NCBI GenBank assembly: GCA_002937655.1
Contig: PTKH01000005.1
Span: 8,781-72,780, forward strand
Reading direction: 5' to 3'
Length of the DNA stretch: 64,000 nucleotides
From: Alphaproteobacteria bacterium MarineAlpha9_Bin3
GTDB taxonomy: Bacteria; Pseudomonadota; Alphaproteobacteria; TMED109
The position numbers were made by a program, and so were the translations under genes. A model generated the notes under the pieces. That model had not been told where the DNA came from. It worked only from the letters and a program-made list of their open reading frames with translations, and searched no databases. Below are positions 1-9,884 of the stretch, piece by piece. Every line of letters starts with the position of its first letter. Position 1 is the first letter of the stretch.

Positions 1-707
1 TGTCTGCAAGTGAAAGAATTGAATGGTTATTGGATGAAGGTAGCATAAATGAATTAAGTATTCCTATAACTAATATTGATCCGTTAAAGTTTAGAGATAG
101 TAAGAAATATGTAGACAGAATTAAAGATGCTAAATCCAAATCTAATTCTGAAGAGGCTATTCTCATGGCTTCTGGTCAAATAGGCGGTAATAATGCGATG
201 GTTGTTGCCTTAGATTTTAATTTTATGGGAGGTTCTATGGGGTCTGCTGTAGGTGAGGGTTTTTTGGAAGCATCAAAAGAAGCTATTAAATTGAATATTC
301 CACTTGTAATTTTTACTGCTTCTGGAGGAGCAAGAATGCAGGAAGGAATATTTTCACTAATGCAATTACCTAAAACTGTAGTTGCTGTGAATTCATTAAA
401 AGAAAAAAATATTCCGTATATAGTTGTTCTTACAGACCCAACAACGGGAGGAGTTTCAGCTTCTTTTGCAATGCTTGGAGATATTACTTTTGCTGAGCCA
501 GGTGCTCTAATTGGTTTTGCAGGACCTAGAGTTATTCAAAGTACAGTTAATGAAACACTTCCTGAAGGTTTTCAAACATCTGAGTATTTATTAGAGCATG
601 GAATGATTGATGACGTTATTCATAGAAAAAATTTAAAATATGCTATTGCTAATACTATTTCTTTATTGATGCAAAACACAACTAATGAGAATTTGCCTAG
701 TTATTGA
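1..707 (+). CDS. accD: acetyl-CoA carboxylase carboxyltransferase beta subunit, 5'-truncated by the window edge
   Basis: Frame is open from base 3 (SASERIEWLLDEGS...), so the Met at 30 is internal. FMGGSMGS and TASGGARMQEG carboxyltransferase motifs are present. Confidence 0.9.
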   Translation, partial: SASERIEWLLDEGSINELSIPITNIDPLKFRDSKKYVDRIKDAKSKSNSEEAILMASGQIGGNNAMVVALDFNFMGGSMGSAVGEGFLEASKEAIKLNIPLVIFTASGGARMQEGIFSLMQLPKTVVAVNSLKEKNIPYIVVLTDPTTGGVSASFAMLGDITFAEPGALIGFAGPRVIQSTVNETLPEGFQTSEYLLEHGMIDDVIHRKNLKYAIANTISLLMQNTTNENLPSY

Positions 708-1990
708 TGAATGATGTATTTTTAGAAAGACTGGCAAAATTAACATCTAAATACCCTAAAGTAATAGATCTTTCTCTAGCTAGGGTAAAAAAATTATTAA
801 ATAAATTAGATAATCCTCATTTAAAAATCCCTCCAATAATACATGTTGCGGGAACAAATGGAAAAGGGTCAACAATTGCATTTTTATTTAATTCTTTAAA
901 ATGCGCGGGACAGAAAGTTCACGTTTATACTTCTCCTCATTTAATAGAAGTTACAGAAAGAATTATTTTAGCTAATAAAAAAATAAGTTATAATAAACTC
1001 TTTCAAGCATTAGACTATTGCGAAAAAGTCAACAATGGAGAACACATCACACAATTTGAATTATTAACTTGTATCGCCTTCTTTTTAATGTCTAAGACAA
1101 AAGCAGATGTTACTCTATTGGAAACTGGTCTGGGTGGCAGATTAGATGCTACTAATATAATAAAAAACCCAATTTTAACTATTATTACAAGTATATCACT
1201 AGATCACTCAGATTTTTTAGGTAATAAATTACATTCTATAGCGAAAGAGAAGGCGGGAATAATAAAGAAAGGAATTCCATGTATTTCTGCTCCTCAGGAA
1301 ATAGAAGTTAAAAAAGTATTAATTGATAAATGTAAAGAAAAACAGGCTAAATTAATAATTAGTGACCAAAAATCTTTTATTAGTTATGAAAAGAATGGTT
1401 TTAAGATAAATAAGTCAAATATTGAAGACCATCTGTTCCCATGGCCTTCCTTAGAAGGGCCACATCAAGTAATTAATGCTGCACTAGCTATTACTGCTTT
1501 AATAACAGTACCTGAATTGAGAGTTAATTTGAAAGATATGAATCAAGGGATTGTATCAACATATTGGCCTGGAAGACTAGAAAAAATTAGTAAATCTATT
1601 GTTAAAAGATACTCTCTGACAACTGAGGATATTTGGTTAGATGGCGGACATAATATTGCAGGCGCTCAGGCAATAAAAAATTGGATTATACATAAAAAAA
1701 TAAAAAAAATTATTTTAGTTTGCGGCTTTCTTAAAAATAAAGATGCTGAAGATATATTATTTATATTAAAAGATTATATTAAATATATCATATTTGTTCC
1801 AATAGATAATAAAAACTCATATACAGTTGAAGAATTATCAATTATGTCAAAAAATTTAGATATAAGTTATTATATGAGTAATTCAGTTAAAGAAGCTATT
1901 ACTTCAAGTTTGATTTCTAAATCTTCAAAAGTTCTTATTTTTGGCTCATTATATTTAATTGGAGCTATATTAAAATTAACAAATAATTAA
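707..1990 (+). CDS. folC: bifunctional folylpolyglutamate synthase / dihydrofolate synthase
   Basis: Mur-ligase-type P-loop HVAGTNGKGST, about 427 aa. ATG at 707 overlaps the accD stop (TGATG). The track start at 704 is an in-frame TTG one codon earlier. Confidence 0.85.
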   Translation: MNDVFLERLAKLTSKYPKVIDLSLARVKKLLNKLDNPHLKIPPIIHVAGTNGKGSTIAFLFNSLKCAGQKVHVYTSPHLIEVTERIILANKKISYNKLFQALDYCEKVNNGEHITQFELLTCIAFFLMSKTKADVTLLETGLGGRLDATNIIKNPILTIITSISLDHSDFLGNKLHSIAKEKAGIIKKGIPCISAPQEIEVKKVLIDKCKEKQAKLIISDQKSFISYEKNGFKINKSNIEDHLFPWPSLEGPHQVINAALAITALITVPELRVNLKDMNQGIVSTYWPGRLEKISKSIVKRYSLTTEDIWLDGGHNIAGAQAIKNWIIHKKIKKIILVCGFLKNKDAEDILFILKDYIKYIIFVPIDNKNSYTVEELSIMSKNLDISYYMSNSVKEAITSSLISKSSKVLIFGSLYLIGAILKLTNN

Positions 1991-2307
1991 ATATTTTTAT
2001 CTATCCACGCAGTAAGATCAGCCTTAGAAGACATACCTACTTTAGTATCTATAAGTTCACCATTATTAAATAGCAACATTGTAGGTATACCTCTTATTTG
2101 AAATTTTCCAGGAGTTTCTGGATTTTCATCTACATCTAATTTACCTATTGTTATTTTATCGCTATATTCATTTGATATTTCTTCCAATATAGGGCCAATT
2201 TGTTTACATGGACCGCACCACTCTGCCCAGAAATCAACTATAATTGGTTGGCCTTTTTTAATTACATCTTCTTCAAAAGTGTCATCTGATATTTGTATAG
2301 TGCTCAT
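1987..2307 (-). CDS. trxA: thioredoxin
   Basis: 106 aa with WCGPC active site. Its stop shares the tetranucleotide TTAA with the folC stop. Confidence 0.95.
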   Translation of the reverse strand: MSTIQISDDTFEEDVIKKGQPIIVDFWAEWCGPCKQIGPILEEISNEYSDKITIGKLDVDENPETPGKFQIRGIPTMLLFNNGELIDTKVGMSSKADLTAWIDKNI

Positions 2308-2339
2308 TTAGAATTTCCTTATTAGCAAGTTTATATTTC

Positions 2340-3758
2340 TTAAACATTTTGGTATTTTTTTTCAATTTCTTCAATTAAATTATTTAGATTATTTAAATTA
2401 TTTAAGGTAGTAGAATCATTTTCTTCTTCGTAATGAACTCTAAGATCATCAATTTCTTTATAAGCTTTAGGAATTGTATTCCATTTTTCATCATTATGAC
2501 TAAAAATTTTTTTAGCAATTCTACGATTAATTTTTGAAATAATTTCTTTTGGAAGAACTGAAGGGTTTTCTTCAAAAATTACTTTTTCAGCAAAGTAATA
2601 ATTTCTTTCTTCTTTAAATTTATTAGCGATCATTAATTTATCCTCCCAATTGGCAATATGAAATTCTTCCATTATTACTTTTTCATAGTTATTTGAAAAT
2701 GAATTATAAATTGTTTCTTCAAAATTTATATCTTCTTGTGATAAATATTCCTCCTTATCTTCTGCCTGCTTCCTCAGTAACTTTTCAAGTGTTAATTTAA
2801 ATTCTACATTAGAATTTATAATATCAGCTCTCCTATGTAATTCCTCATTTGAAATATGTTTATATTCATTTATTTGAGGGATAAATTTTGATTCCATAAT
2901 AATTGGACTTTTATTACTGCGTAAAGACCTTATTATTTTAGGGCTTTTAGACATAAAATGTTCTAAGGAATTTTCAGATAAATTAATATAATCTTCAGGA
3001 TCATGTTTTAAATCAAAACACTGAGCCCATTTATAAATAGGATGATAACATATAAATGATACAACAAATGGCATTATCTTTCCAAAATATGATTCTGTAA
3101 TACAAAAAAGCTTATTATTTTCTATTAGTTTATTTGCATTTTCTTTATTAGAAGTTGAAATACTTGCTTCCCACAACTGAGGACTTTTTAAATTTATAAT
3201 TTTGGCTAGTTTGATAGTGGCTATAGCATCTCCCAGTGCGTCATGCGCATTAAAATTTTTAATTCCGTTGAATGGGGCTATCTGATCTAATTTGAAGGAT
3301 AATTTTCCTTTTTCATTTTTTGGTATTTTTATAGTATTTGGATAATAAATGTAATTAGCTCTCAAAATATTCAGTAAATCTGATCTTTTATTTCCATTAT
3401 TTATAGTAAAATAAGGATTATATAAGTTTTTAAATAGTGTTTTTCTCAAAAACTCTTCGTCAAAGGATATTGAATTATATCCGATATATGTTGCAGTACC
3501 CCAGGATTTAAATTTATTTAACATTAATTCAATTAATGCCAAATGGGAGAGATTTGTTTGCGTAAGATCTTTTACAGAGCTTTGGTTTACTAATATAGCT
3601 TTCGGATATGGAATAATATCAGATAATAAACGACATCTTGCTTCAAATCTATCTATTTCTTGAAAACTTGTATTTGTTAATATAGCTCCAACTTGTATAA
3701 TTTGATCCCAGTTACTATCTCTTCCGGTTGTTTCAAAATCATAAAATACATAGTTCAT
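2340..3758 (-). CDS. sbcB: exodeoxyribonuclease I
   Basis: 472 aa. N-terminal FYDFETTG and HDALGD DEDDh exonuclease motifs; length and C-terminal helical domain fit ExoI. Confidence 0.8.
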   Translation of the reverse strand: MNYVFYDFETTGRDSNWDQIIQVGAILTNTSFQEIDRFEARCRLLSDIIPYPKAILVNQSSVKDLTQTNLSHLALIELMLNKFKSWGTATYIGYNSISFDEEFLRKTLFKNLYNPYFTINNGNKRSDLLNILRANYIYYPNTIKIPKNEKGKLSFKLDQIAPFNGIKNFNAHDALGDAIATIKLAKIINLKSPQLWEASISTSNKENANKLIENNKLFCITESYFGKIMPFVVSFICYHPIYKWAQCFDLKHDPEDYINLSENSLEHFMSKSPKIIRSLRSNKSPIIMESKFIPQINEYKHISNEELHRRADIINSNVEFKLTLEKLLRKQAEDKEEYLSQEDINFEETIYNSFSNNYEKVIMEEFHIANWEDKLMIANKFKEERNYYFAEKVIFEENPSVLPKEIISKINRRIAKKIFSHNDEKWNTIPKAYKEIDDLRVHYEEENDSTTLNNLNNLNNLIEEIEKKYQNV

Positions 3759-3759
3759 T

Positions 3760-4497
3760 TTAATTATTTTTAATCCATTCTTTTGCTTTATTTAATGCGT
3801 CTTCTGTCCCTATATGCATCCATTTACCAGAGTTTTTAATACCCCAAATTAAATTATTTTTAATAGCTTCATCATAACATATGTTTAATGAAAATTTATT
3901 ACTATTTACTTCATCAATTACTTTTGGATTTAAAATTTGCCATCCCGTATATGCAAGACTATTAATCTTTTTTCTATATATTAATGAAGGATATTTTTTA
4001 CTTTTAAGAGCAAAATCACCTTTTCCATTATAGCCTATTGATTTTTTTTTATCATCTAAAAGTAATAAAAAGTCCATATTATTTGGATTAAAATTTTTGA
4101 TTAGTTCAGTTAGAAAATTTTTTGAATTGGAAGGTATAATTATTGAATCACCATTTATGACAATTATTGGTTGAGTTATATCTTTTTTTCTTATATTTTT
4201 TATAGCTCCTCCTGTTTCTAATATTTTCGATTCTTTAATTATTATAATTTTCATAGCTTTGTTTTTTTTACAATATACATTTATATATTTTTCTATTTTT
4301 TCAGAGAGATAATGAGTATTAATATAACATTTTTTTATATTATTCTTTCTAAGTTCTTCCAAAATATAAAAAATTATAGGTTGATTATTTATTTCTATTA
4401 GAGGTTTTGGAGTTTTTAATGTTAATGGCCTTAATCTTTTACCAAAACCTGCGGCTAAAATAATAGCTTGAGATATCTTGGTGTTTTTCTCTTTCAT
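3760..4497 (-). CDS. murU: sugar-1-phosphate nucleotidyltransferase (MurNAc-alpha-1-P uridylyltransferase-like)
   Basis: ILAAGFGKRLRPLTLKTPKPL nucleotidyltransferase signature. Sits in the conserved tsaE-amgK-murU arrangement. Confidence 0.65.
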   Translation of the reverse strand: MKEKNTKISQAIILAAGFGKRLRPLTLKTPKPLIEINNQPIIFYILEELRKNNIKKCYINTHYLSEKIEKYINVYCKKNKAMKIIIIKESKILETGGAIKNIRKKDITQPIIVINGDSIIIPSNSKNFLTELIKNFNPNNMDFLLLLDDKKKSIGYNGKGDFALKSKKYPSLIYRKKINSLAYTGWQILNPKVIDEVNSNKFSLNICYDEAIKNNLIWGIKNSGKWMHIGTEDALNKAKEWIKNN

Positions 4498-4506
4498 CTT
4501 ACAAGC

Positions 4507-5487
4507 CTATAAATAAATTTTATCTTTAGGGATATACATTTCAATCCAATTATTAATTTCTTCTAAGCCACCTTTTCTTGCAGATGTTAAAAATATTTTC
4601 ATAGCTTGATTCACAAACTTTAGGTATTTAATTTTTTTATCTCTTCGTGCGAGTCTTATAAATATTCCAACAATTTTGGCATTTCTTTGTGCAGTAAGTA
4701 TATTATAATTTTTAATGAATTGATTTACATTTTTAATTTTATTCAATTTTATGAATTCTTGAATAACAACTTCTTTTGTTTGTTTTGATACATTTCTTCT
4801 TACATCTTCTAGTAAGGATGATATGTCATAAGCCTCATCTCCTATTAAAGCATCTTGAAAATCAATTATGCCTATTTTTTTTACATTAGCTCTAGTCGGT
4901 AGCCAAAATAAATTATCAGCGTGAAAGTCTCTTAAAACAAGTTTATTATTTTTTAGTTCTTTGAATATTTTAATCCATGACTCACCCCATGCTTTTTTGG
5001 ATTCATCATTAAGTGTAATATTTATTTCTTTGAAGTACCATTCAGTGAATAGGTTAACCTCTTTAAGTAAGTAATTTTGGTCATATCTTGGTAGGTCTAT
5101 AGAATGTTTTATTTTATGAATGTACGATAAACATCTAATAGCATTAGAATATAGTAATTTTTCTGAAATACCTTTTTTTAATGCTTTATTAAAAGTTAAG
5201 TCACCAAAATCCTCTATTAAATATAATCCTTTTTTGTGATCTATTTTAATGATTTCTGGAGCAGATAGTCCGTTATTTTTAAGATATTTAGAAACTTTAA
5301 TAAATTCATAGTTTCTATTTTCTATAGCAGTTGATTCCATTAATAATAAATTATTATTTAATCTATAATAACGTCTACTTGATGCATCCTGAGGTATACA
5401 TCCCAATATATTATTACTTAGTTGGTTATTATTTAAAAATATTTCGATATTTTTATTAATTTTAATATTAATTAGTGAATTAGACAT
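4507..5487 (-). CDS. amgK: aminoglycoside-phosphotransferase-fold anomeric sugar kinase (MurNAc/GlcNAc kinase-like)
   Basis: RDFHADNLFW and IDFQDA kinase catalytic motifs. Adjacent to the murU-like gene. Confidence 0.65.
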   Translation of the reverse strand: MSNSLINIKINKNIEIFLNNNQLSNNILGCIPQDASSRRYYRLNNNLLLMESTAIENRNYEFIKVSKYLKNNGLSAPEIIKIDHKKGLYLIEDFGDLTFNKALKKGISEKLLYSNAIRCLSYIHKIKHSIDLPRYDQNYLLKEVNLFTEWYFKEINITLNDESKKAWGESWIKIFKELKNNKLVLRDFHADNLFWLPTRANVKKIGIIDFQDALIGDEAYDISSLLEDVRRNVSKQTKEVVIQEFIKLNKIKNVNQFIKNYNILTAQRNAKIVGIFIRLARRDKKIKYLKFVNQAMKIFLTSARKGGLEEINNWIEMYIPKDKIYL

Positions 5488-5940
5488 TTAATTTTTATTA
5501 AAACTTTCAAATTCTTTTAAAAGTTCTTTCCTTCCTTTTATCTCTACAGACCTTCTGTTTTCTTCAAGTTCATTTAAAATAATTTCTATTTTTTTACTAG
5601 GTATTAGGTGTTCTATTATTTCAGGCCACTCTATTAAAATTATACCACTATTTAACGCATCTTCTAAGTTTAGATTCCAAACATCTGCAGGATTTTCTAA
5701 TCTATACATATCATAATGCCAAATGATATTACTATCATACTCATATGTTATTAACATTGGGAAAGTAGGACTTAAAATTTTATCATTTTTAGTAAGATAT
5801 TTGATGAATGCTCTGGCTATAGTAGTCTTACCAGAACCGAGATTTCCAATAAGAAGAAAAATATCATCTTGTCTCGCAATTTGAGCAAGCTTTTCTCCGA
5901 ATCTTTTCGCATCTTTAAGGTTATTTAAAACTAGCTCCAT
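5488..5940 (-). CDS. tsaE: tRNA t6A37 biosynthesis ATPase TsaE
   Basis: 150 aa with Walker A GNLGSGKTT and the YHYDMYRL motif typical of YjeE/TsaE. Confidence 0.85.
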   Translation of the reverse strand: MELVLNNLKDAKRFGEKLAQIARQDDIFLLIGNLGSGKTTIARAFIKYLTKNDKILSPTFPMLITYEYDSNIIWHYDMYRLENPADVWNLNLEDALNSGIILIEWPEIIEHLIPSKKIEIILNELEENRRSVEIKGRKELLKEFESFNKN

Positions 5941-5960
5941 AAGCTTTTTTAAAAAATTCC

Positions 5961-7256
5961 CTAATATCTATAATGATCAGGTTTAAATGGTCCTGTAGTA
6001 TCTAAGCCAAGGTACTTAGCTTGTTTTTTATTTAACATTGTTAACTGTGCTCCTACTTTATTCAAATGAAGTAAAGCTACCTTTTCGTCAAGTTCTTTGG
6101 GCAATGTATATACTTTCTTTTCATAGCTTTCATAGTTCTTCCATAGTTCGATCTGGGCTAATACCTGATTAGTAAAAGATGCGCTCATTACAAAACTAGG
6201 GTGTCCTGTAGCGCAACCTAGATTCACTAACCTTCCTTCAGCTAACACAATAATTTTTTTACCATCAGGAAATGTTACTTGATCTACTTGTGGTTTAATT
6301 TCTTCCCACTGATAGTTTTTTAAGCTAGATATTTCAATTTCAGAATCAAAATGACCTATGTTACATATAATAGCTCTATCTTTCATCTCTCTCATGTGAT
6401 CTATATTGATAACATCACAATTACCTGTAGCTGTAACAAAAATATCTGCAGTTTTGACTGCATTTTCCATAGTTACAACCTCATAGCCTTCCATAGAAGC
6501 CTGAAGGGCACAAATTGGGTCTATTTCTGTTACTAGTACACGGGCTCCAGCATTTCTTAAGGAAGCTGCAGATCCCTTTCCAACGTCACCATATCCTGCA
6601 ACTACAGCTACTTTACCTGACATCATTACATCAGTAGCTCTTCTGATACCATCAACTAAACTCTCTCTACATCCATATAAATTATCAAACTTAGATTTTG
6701 TAACAGAATCATTTACATTAATTGCAGGTACTAATAGACTATTATCTTTTTCCATTTCATATAACCTATGAACACCTGTAGTAGTTTCTTCACTAAGACC
6801 CCTTATTTCTTTTAATAGATTTGGGTATTTTTCATGCATTATTTTTGTTAAATCACCCCCATCGTCTAATATTAAGTTAGGTTTCCACTCATTAGGACCT
6901 GTTATAGTTTTTTCAATACAATCCCAAAATTCTTCTTCAGTTTCTCCTTTCCAAGCAAATACAGGAATATTATTTTGAGCTATAGCCGCAGCTGCATGGT
7001 CTTGGGTAGAAAATATATTACAGGAAGACCATCTCACTTCTGCTCCTAAGAAAGTTAGTGTTTCTATTAATACTGCAGTTTGAATAGTCATATGAAGACA
7101 ACCAACAATTCTTGCCCCTCTGAGTGGCTTTGTACTTTTATATTCATCTCTAAGAGCCATTAAGCCTGGCATTTCTGTTTCAGCTATTTCTATTTCTTTT
7201 CTGCCCCACTCTGCTTGTGTAATATCTGCTATTTTGTAGTCTGTAAATGTACTCAT
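5961..7256 (-). CDS. ahcY: adenosylhomocysteinase
   Basis: 431 aa. NAD-binding GYGDVGKG and C-terminal KPDHYRY; colinear with SAH hydrolases. Confidence 0.95.
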   Translation of the reverse strand: MSTFTDYKIADITQAEWGRKEIEIAETEMPGLMALRDEYKSTKPLRGARIVGCLHMTIQTAVLIETLTFLGAEVRWSSCNIFSTQDHAAAAIAQNNIPVFAWKGETEEEFWDCIEKTITGPNEWKPNLILDDGGDLTKIMHEKYPNLLKEIRGLSEETTTGVHRLYEMEKDNSLLVPAINVNDSVTKSKFDNLYGCRESLVDGIRRATDVMMSGKVAVVAGYGDVGKGSAASLRNAGARVLVTEIDPICALQASMEGYEVVTMENAVKTADIFVTATGNCDVINIDHMREMKDRAIICNIGHFDSEIEISSLKNYQWEEIKPQVDQVTFPDGKKIIVLAEGRLVNLGCATGHPSFVMSASFTNQVLAQIELWKNYESYEKKVYTLPKELDEKVALLHLNKVGAQLTMLNKKQAKYLGLDTTGPFKPDHYRY

Positions 7257-7268
7257 AATAATCCTTAT

Positions 7269-7766
7269 TTATAGTTCATTAGTGATAATTGCATATATAG
7301 TCTCTTTATCTAAAGCTGCACGAATGTTTTGTAAAGTTTTCTTTTTTGTTAGAAATCTAGATATATGAGCTAATTCATTTAAATGAATAGGAACATCGTT
7401 AGTTGGTGAAATTAAAAAAAATATTATATCAACAGGTTCATTATCAATAGAATTATAATTAATGGGTTTGTTAAGTTTAAGAAATATTCCGATTGATTGT
7501 TTAATATTTTCTAATTTAATATTAGGTAGAGCTATTCCAGAGCCTATACCAGTATTTTCAATATTTTCTTTTTTTGAAAGTAGACTGAAGATTTCTTTAT
7601 TAGAAATATTATTAAGATTCTCAACAATTGATGATAATTTATTTAATAGCTGTTTTTTATTATTTATATTATGTAATAAAAATATATTTGATTGATTTAA
7701 TATATTTGACAATTTAATTTTATTATTAAATTTTTTTATATTTTTTTCATTATTTTTTAAATTCAT
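7269..7766 (-). CDS. ptsN: PTS EIIA-Ntr-like nitrogen regulatory protein; the phospho-accepting His position is Asn
   Basis: 165 aa, colinear by eye with E. coli PtsN (TGIGSGIALPNIKLE vs TGIGNGIAIPHGKLE; DNEPVDIIFFL vs DNQPVDLLFAL). Located immediately downstream of rpoN. Confidence 0.8.
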   Translation of the reverse strand: MNLKNNEKNIKKFNNKIKLSNILNQSNIFLLHNINNKKQLLNKLSSIVENLNNISNKEIFSLLSKKENIENTGIGSGIALPNIKLENIKQSIGIFLKLNKPINYNSIDNEPVDIIFFLISPTNDVPIHLNELAHISRFLTKKKTLQNIRAALDKETIYAIITNEL

Positions 7767-7818
7767 TAATTTCTCTCTTTATAATAATAGTTTTTTTTGT
7801 ACTTTTAAATTGCTATAA

Positions 7819-9117
7819 TTATAGATTACATTTTTTGGATCTGACTAATGAGTTAGCTATATTTAAACTTTCTCTATATTTTGTCACTGTTCTTCTTGCA
7901 ACTTTAATATTTTCTTTCATTAATATATCAACTATGTTTTTATCGCTATAGACAATATCTTTATACAATTCTTGTTCAACAATTTTTTTTATTTTTGCCT
8001 TAATTGAAATTGCTGAATTATTTTTATTATTCTTAACTTTACTAGTTTTACTAGTAAAAAAATAACTTAATGGCAATGTGATATTATTAAATTTAACATA
8101 CTTATTTTTTACAGCTCTGCTTATTGTGCTTTCGTTCATGAGAGTTTTCTCACTAATTATTTTATGAGTTAATGGCAATATTGCTTCTTCTCCCTCAAAA
8201 AAGAATTTTTTTTGAAAGCTAAAAATTTTATCACCAATTAAAAAAAGAGTATTGTTTCTTCTATTTAAATTATTTTGCAGCATTTTACCATGCGCAATAC
8301 AGTCTTTTATGTAAACTAAAACATCTTTAGTTTTCAAATCTTTTTGTTTGATTTTAATTTCATTAATATAATCTTTATCTAGTGATACTTCATACTTATT
8401 ATGATTATTTAAAGTAAAATTAATATTATTATTATTAATTTCAAGAAAAAAATCGGGTATAATTCTTTCTATTTTTTCTTTTTTTAAACTATCTATGGGA
8501 GTTGGTTTTAAAGACTTAATATTATTAATAATTTCAATAATTTTATTTTCTTTTACTTCACATAGTTGGGCTAATTTTTTATAGTTTCCAGATGCCAAAT
8601 AATTAAGATTCTTAATTACTATATTATAATAATTATCAAACATGTTATTTTTTTTTAATTGAAAAATTAAAAACTCCTCTATATTTCTCGAGAATATCCC
8701 TTCAGGATCTAGTAATTTAAGTTTACTTAAAACTAATTTTGAATGAGCTTTAGAAGTTTTAGCCATAACGGCAGCTTCTTCTGTCGATAGGTTACAGAAA
8801 CCTTTATCATTAATATTCTCTATATAAACCTTTACTAGTCTCTGTCCCCAAGAGTTTATAGAGATGTATGAGCTTTGTTGATATAACCATTCTTTTATAC
8901 CTAAATCTTCTGAATAATTTTCAATATTATTATTTTCATAATGTTCATTATATTTTTTATTTGAAATCAAAAAGGGGTTTTTTTCTATTTCAGTTAGCGT
9001 GTAGGCCTCTAACTCATTTGCAGACATTTGTAAAATTTTAATTGCAGTAATTATATTAGAATTTATTTTTTGATTTATTTTAAGACTAGGTTTCTGTGAT
9101 AAATTATATTTATGCAT
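7819..9117 (-). CDS. rpoN: RNA polymerase sigma-54 factor
   Basis: Region I (AIKILQMSANELEAYTLTEIEKNPFL), HTH and RpoN box (ARRTVTKYR). Downstream of lptB as in most proteobacteria. Confidence 0.9.
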   Translation of the reverse strand: MHKYNLSQKPSLKINQKINSNIITAIKILQMSANELEAYTLTEIEKNPFLISNKKYNEHYENNNIENYSEDLGIKEWLYQQSSYISINSWGQRLVKVYIENINDKGFCNLSTEEAAVMAKTSKAHSKLVLSKLKLLDPEGIFSRNIEEFLIFQLKKNNMFDNYYNIVIKNLNYLASGNYKKLAQLCEVKENKIIEIINNIKSLKPTPIDSLKKEKIERIIPDFFLEINNNNINFTLNNHNKYEVSLDKDYINEIKIKQKDLKTKDVLVYIKDCIAHGKMLQNNLNRRNNTLFLIGDKIFSFQKKFFFEGEEAILPLTHKIISEKTLMNESTISRAVKNKYVKFNNITLPLSYFFTSKTSKVKNNKNNSAISIKAKIKKIVEQELYKDIVYSDKNIVDILMKENIKVARRTVTKYRESLNIANSLVRSKKCNL

Positions 9118-9128
9118 TGTACATTGAA

Positions 9129-9884
9129 TTATAAATTAAACTTTTCACCTAAGTAGACTTTGCGAACATTTTCATCTTCTATAATTTCAGCAGGTTTGCC
9201 ATTCATTAAAATTTTACCATCATGCATGATATATGCTCTATCAATCAGCTCAAGCGTTTCTTTCACATTATGATCAGTTATGAGAACTCCCACTCCTCTA
9301 TCTTTAATATGCTTTATTAATTCTCTTATTTCTTCAATAGCTATTGGATCTATTCCGGCGAGAGGTTCATCTAATAATATAAAAGATGGTTGCATTGCTA
9401 AAGTTCTAGCTATTTCTACTTTCCTTCTCTCTCCACCAGAAAGAGATAAGCTAGAGGCTCTTCTTAAATGAGTTAAAGAGAATTCAGCTAACAATTCTTC
9501 CAAATGAATCTCTCTTTCTCTTCTATCTTGAACATTAAGGGATAAGATTGCTCTTATATTTTGTTCTACAGACATACCTCGAAATATAGATATTTCTTGC
9601 GGCAGATATCCTATGCCAGCTTTAGCCCTTTTATAGATTGGCATATCAGTAATATTTTCATCGTTAAGTAAAATTTTACCATAATCAGGCTTGATAAGAC
9701 CACATATCATATAAAAACAAGTAGTTTTTCCTGCTCCATTTGGGCCCAGAAGGCCGACTGCTTCTCCTCTCTGAATTTCTAAAGAGACACTTCTAACAGC
9801 TGGTTTTTTACTATAAGTCTTTCCTAGATTAGTAACTATTAAACCATTATTTTTAACTATAAGTTTTGGGTTATTATTCATCAT
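9129..9884 (-). CDS. lptB: LPS export ABC transporter ATP-binding protein
   Basis: GPNGAGKTT Walker A, LSGGERRK signature, ILLDEP Walker B. In lptC-lptA-lptB-rpoN synteny. Confidence 0.9.
   Translation of the reverse strand: MMNNNPKLIVKNNGLIVTNLGKTYSKKPAVRSVSLEIQRGEAVGLLGPNGAGKTTCFYMICGLIKPDYGKILLNDENITDMPIYKRAKAGIGYLPQEISIFRGMSVEQNIRAILSLNVQDRREREIHLEELLAEFSLTHLRRASSLSLSGGERRKVEIARTLAMQPSFILLDEPLAGIDPIAIEEIRELIKHIKDRGVGVLITDHNVKETLELIDRAYIMHDGKILMNGKPAEIIEDENVRKVYLGEKFNL

Noticed and set aside
2381-2410. Short tandem repeat (ATTATTTAR x3) encoding LNNLNNLNN near the C-terminus of exonuclease I
   Set aside because: It has only three units in a low-complexity, poorly conserved tail, with no evidence of function or variability.
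6351-6536. 61-aa + strand ORF inside ahcY, together with similar antisense or alternative-frame ORFs at 7462-7695, 9280-9471, 9866-10207, 10759-10974, 11109-11345 and 11460-11720
   Set aside because: Each lies entirely within and antisense to a confidently identified gene. All have low-complexity Ile/Phe/Leu-rich translations, as expected from the reverse complement of AT-rich coding DNA.
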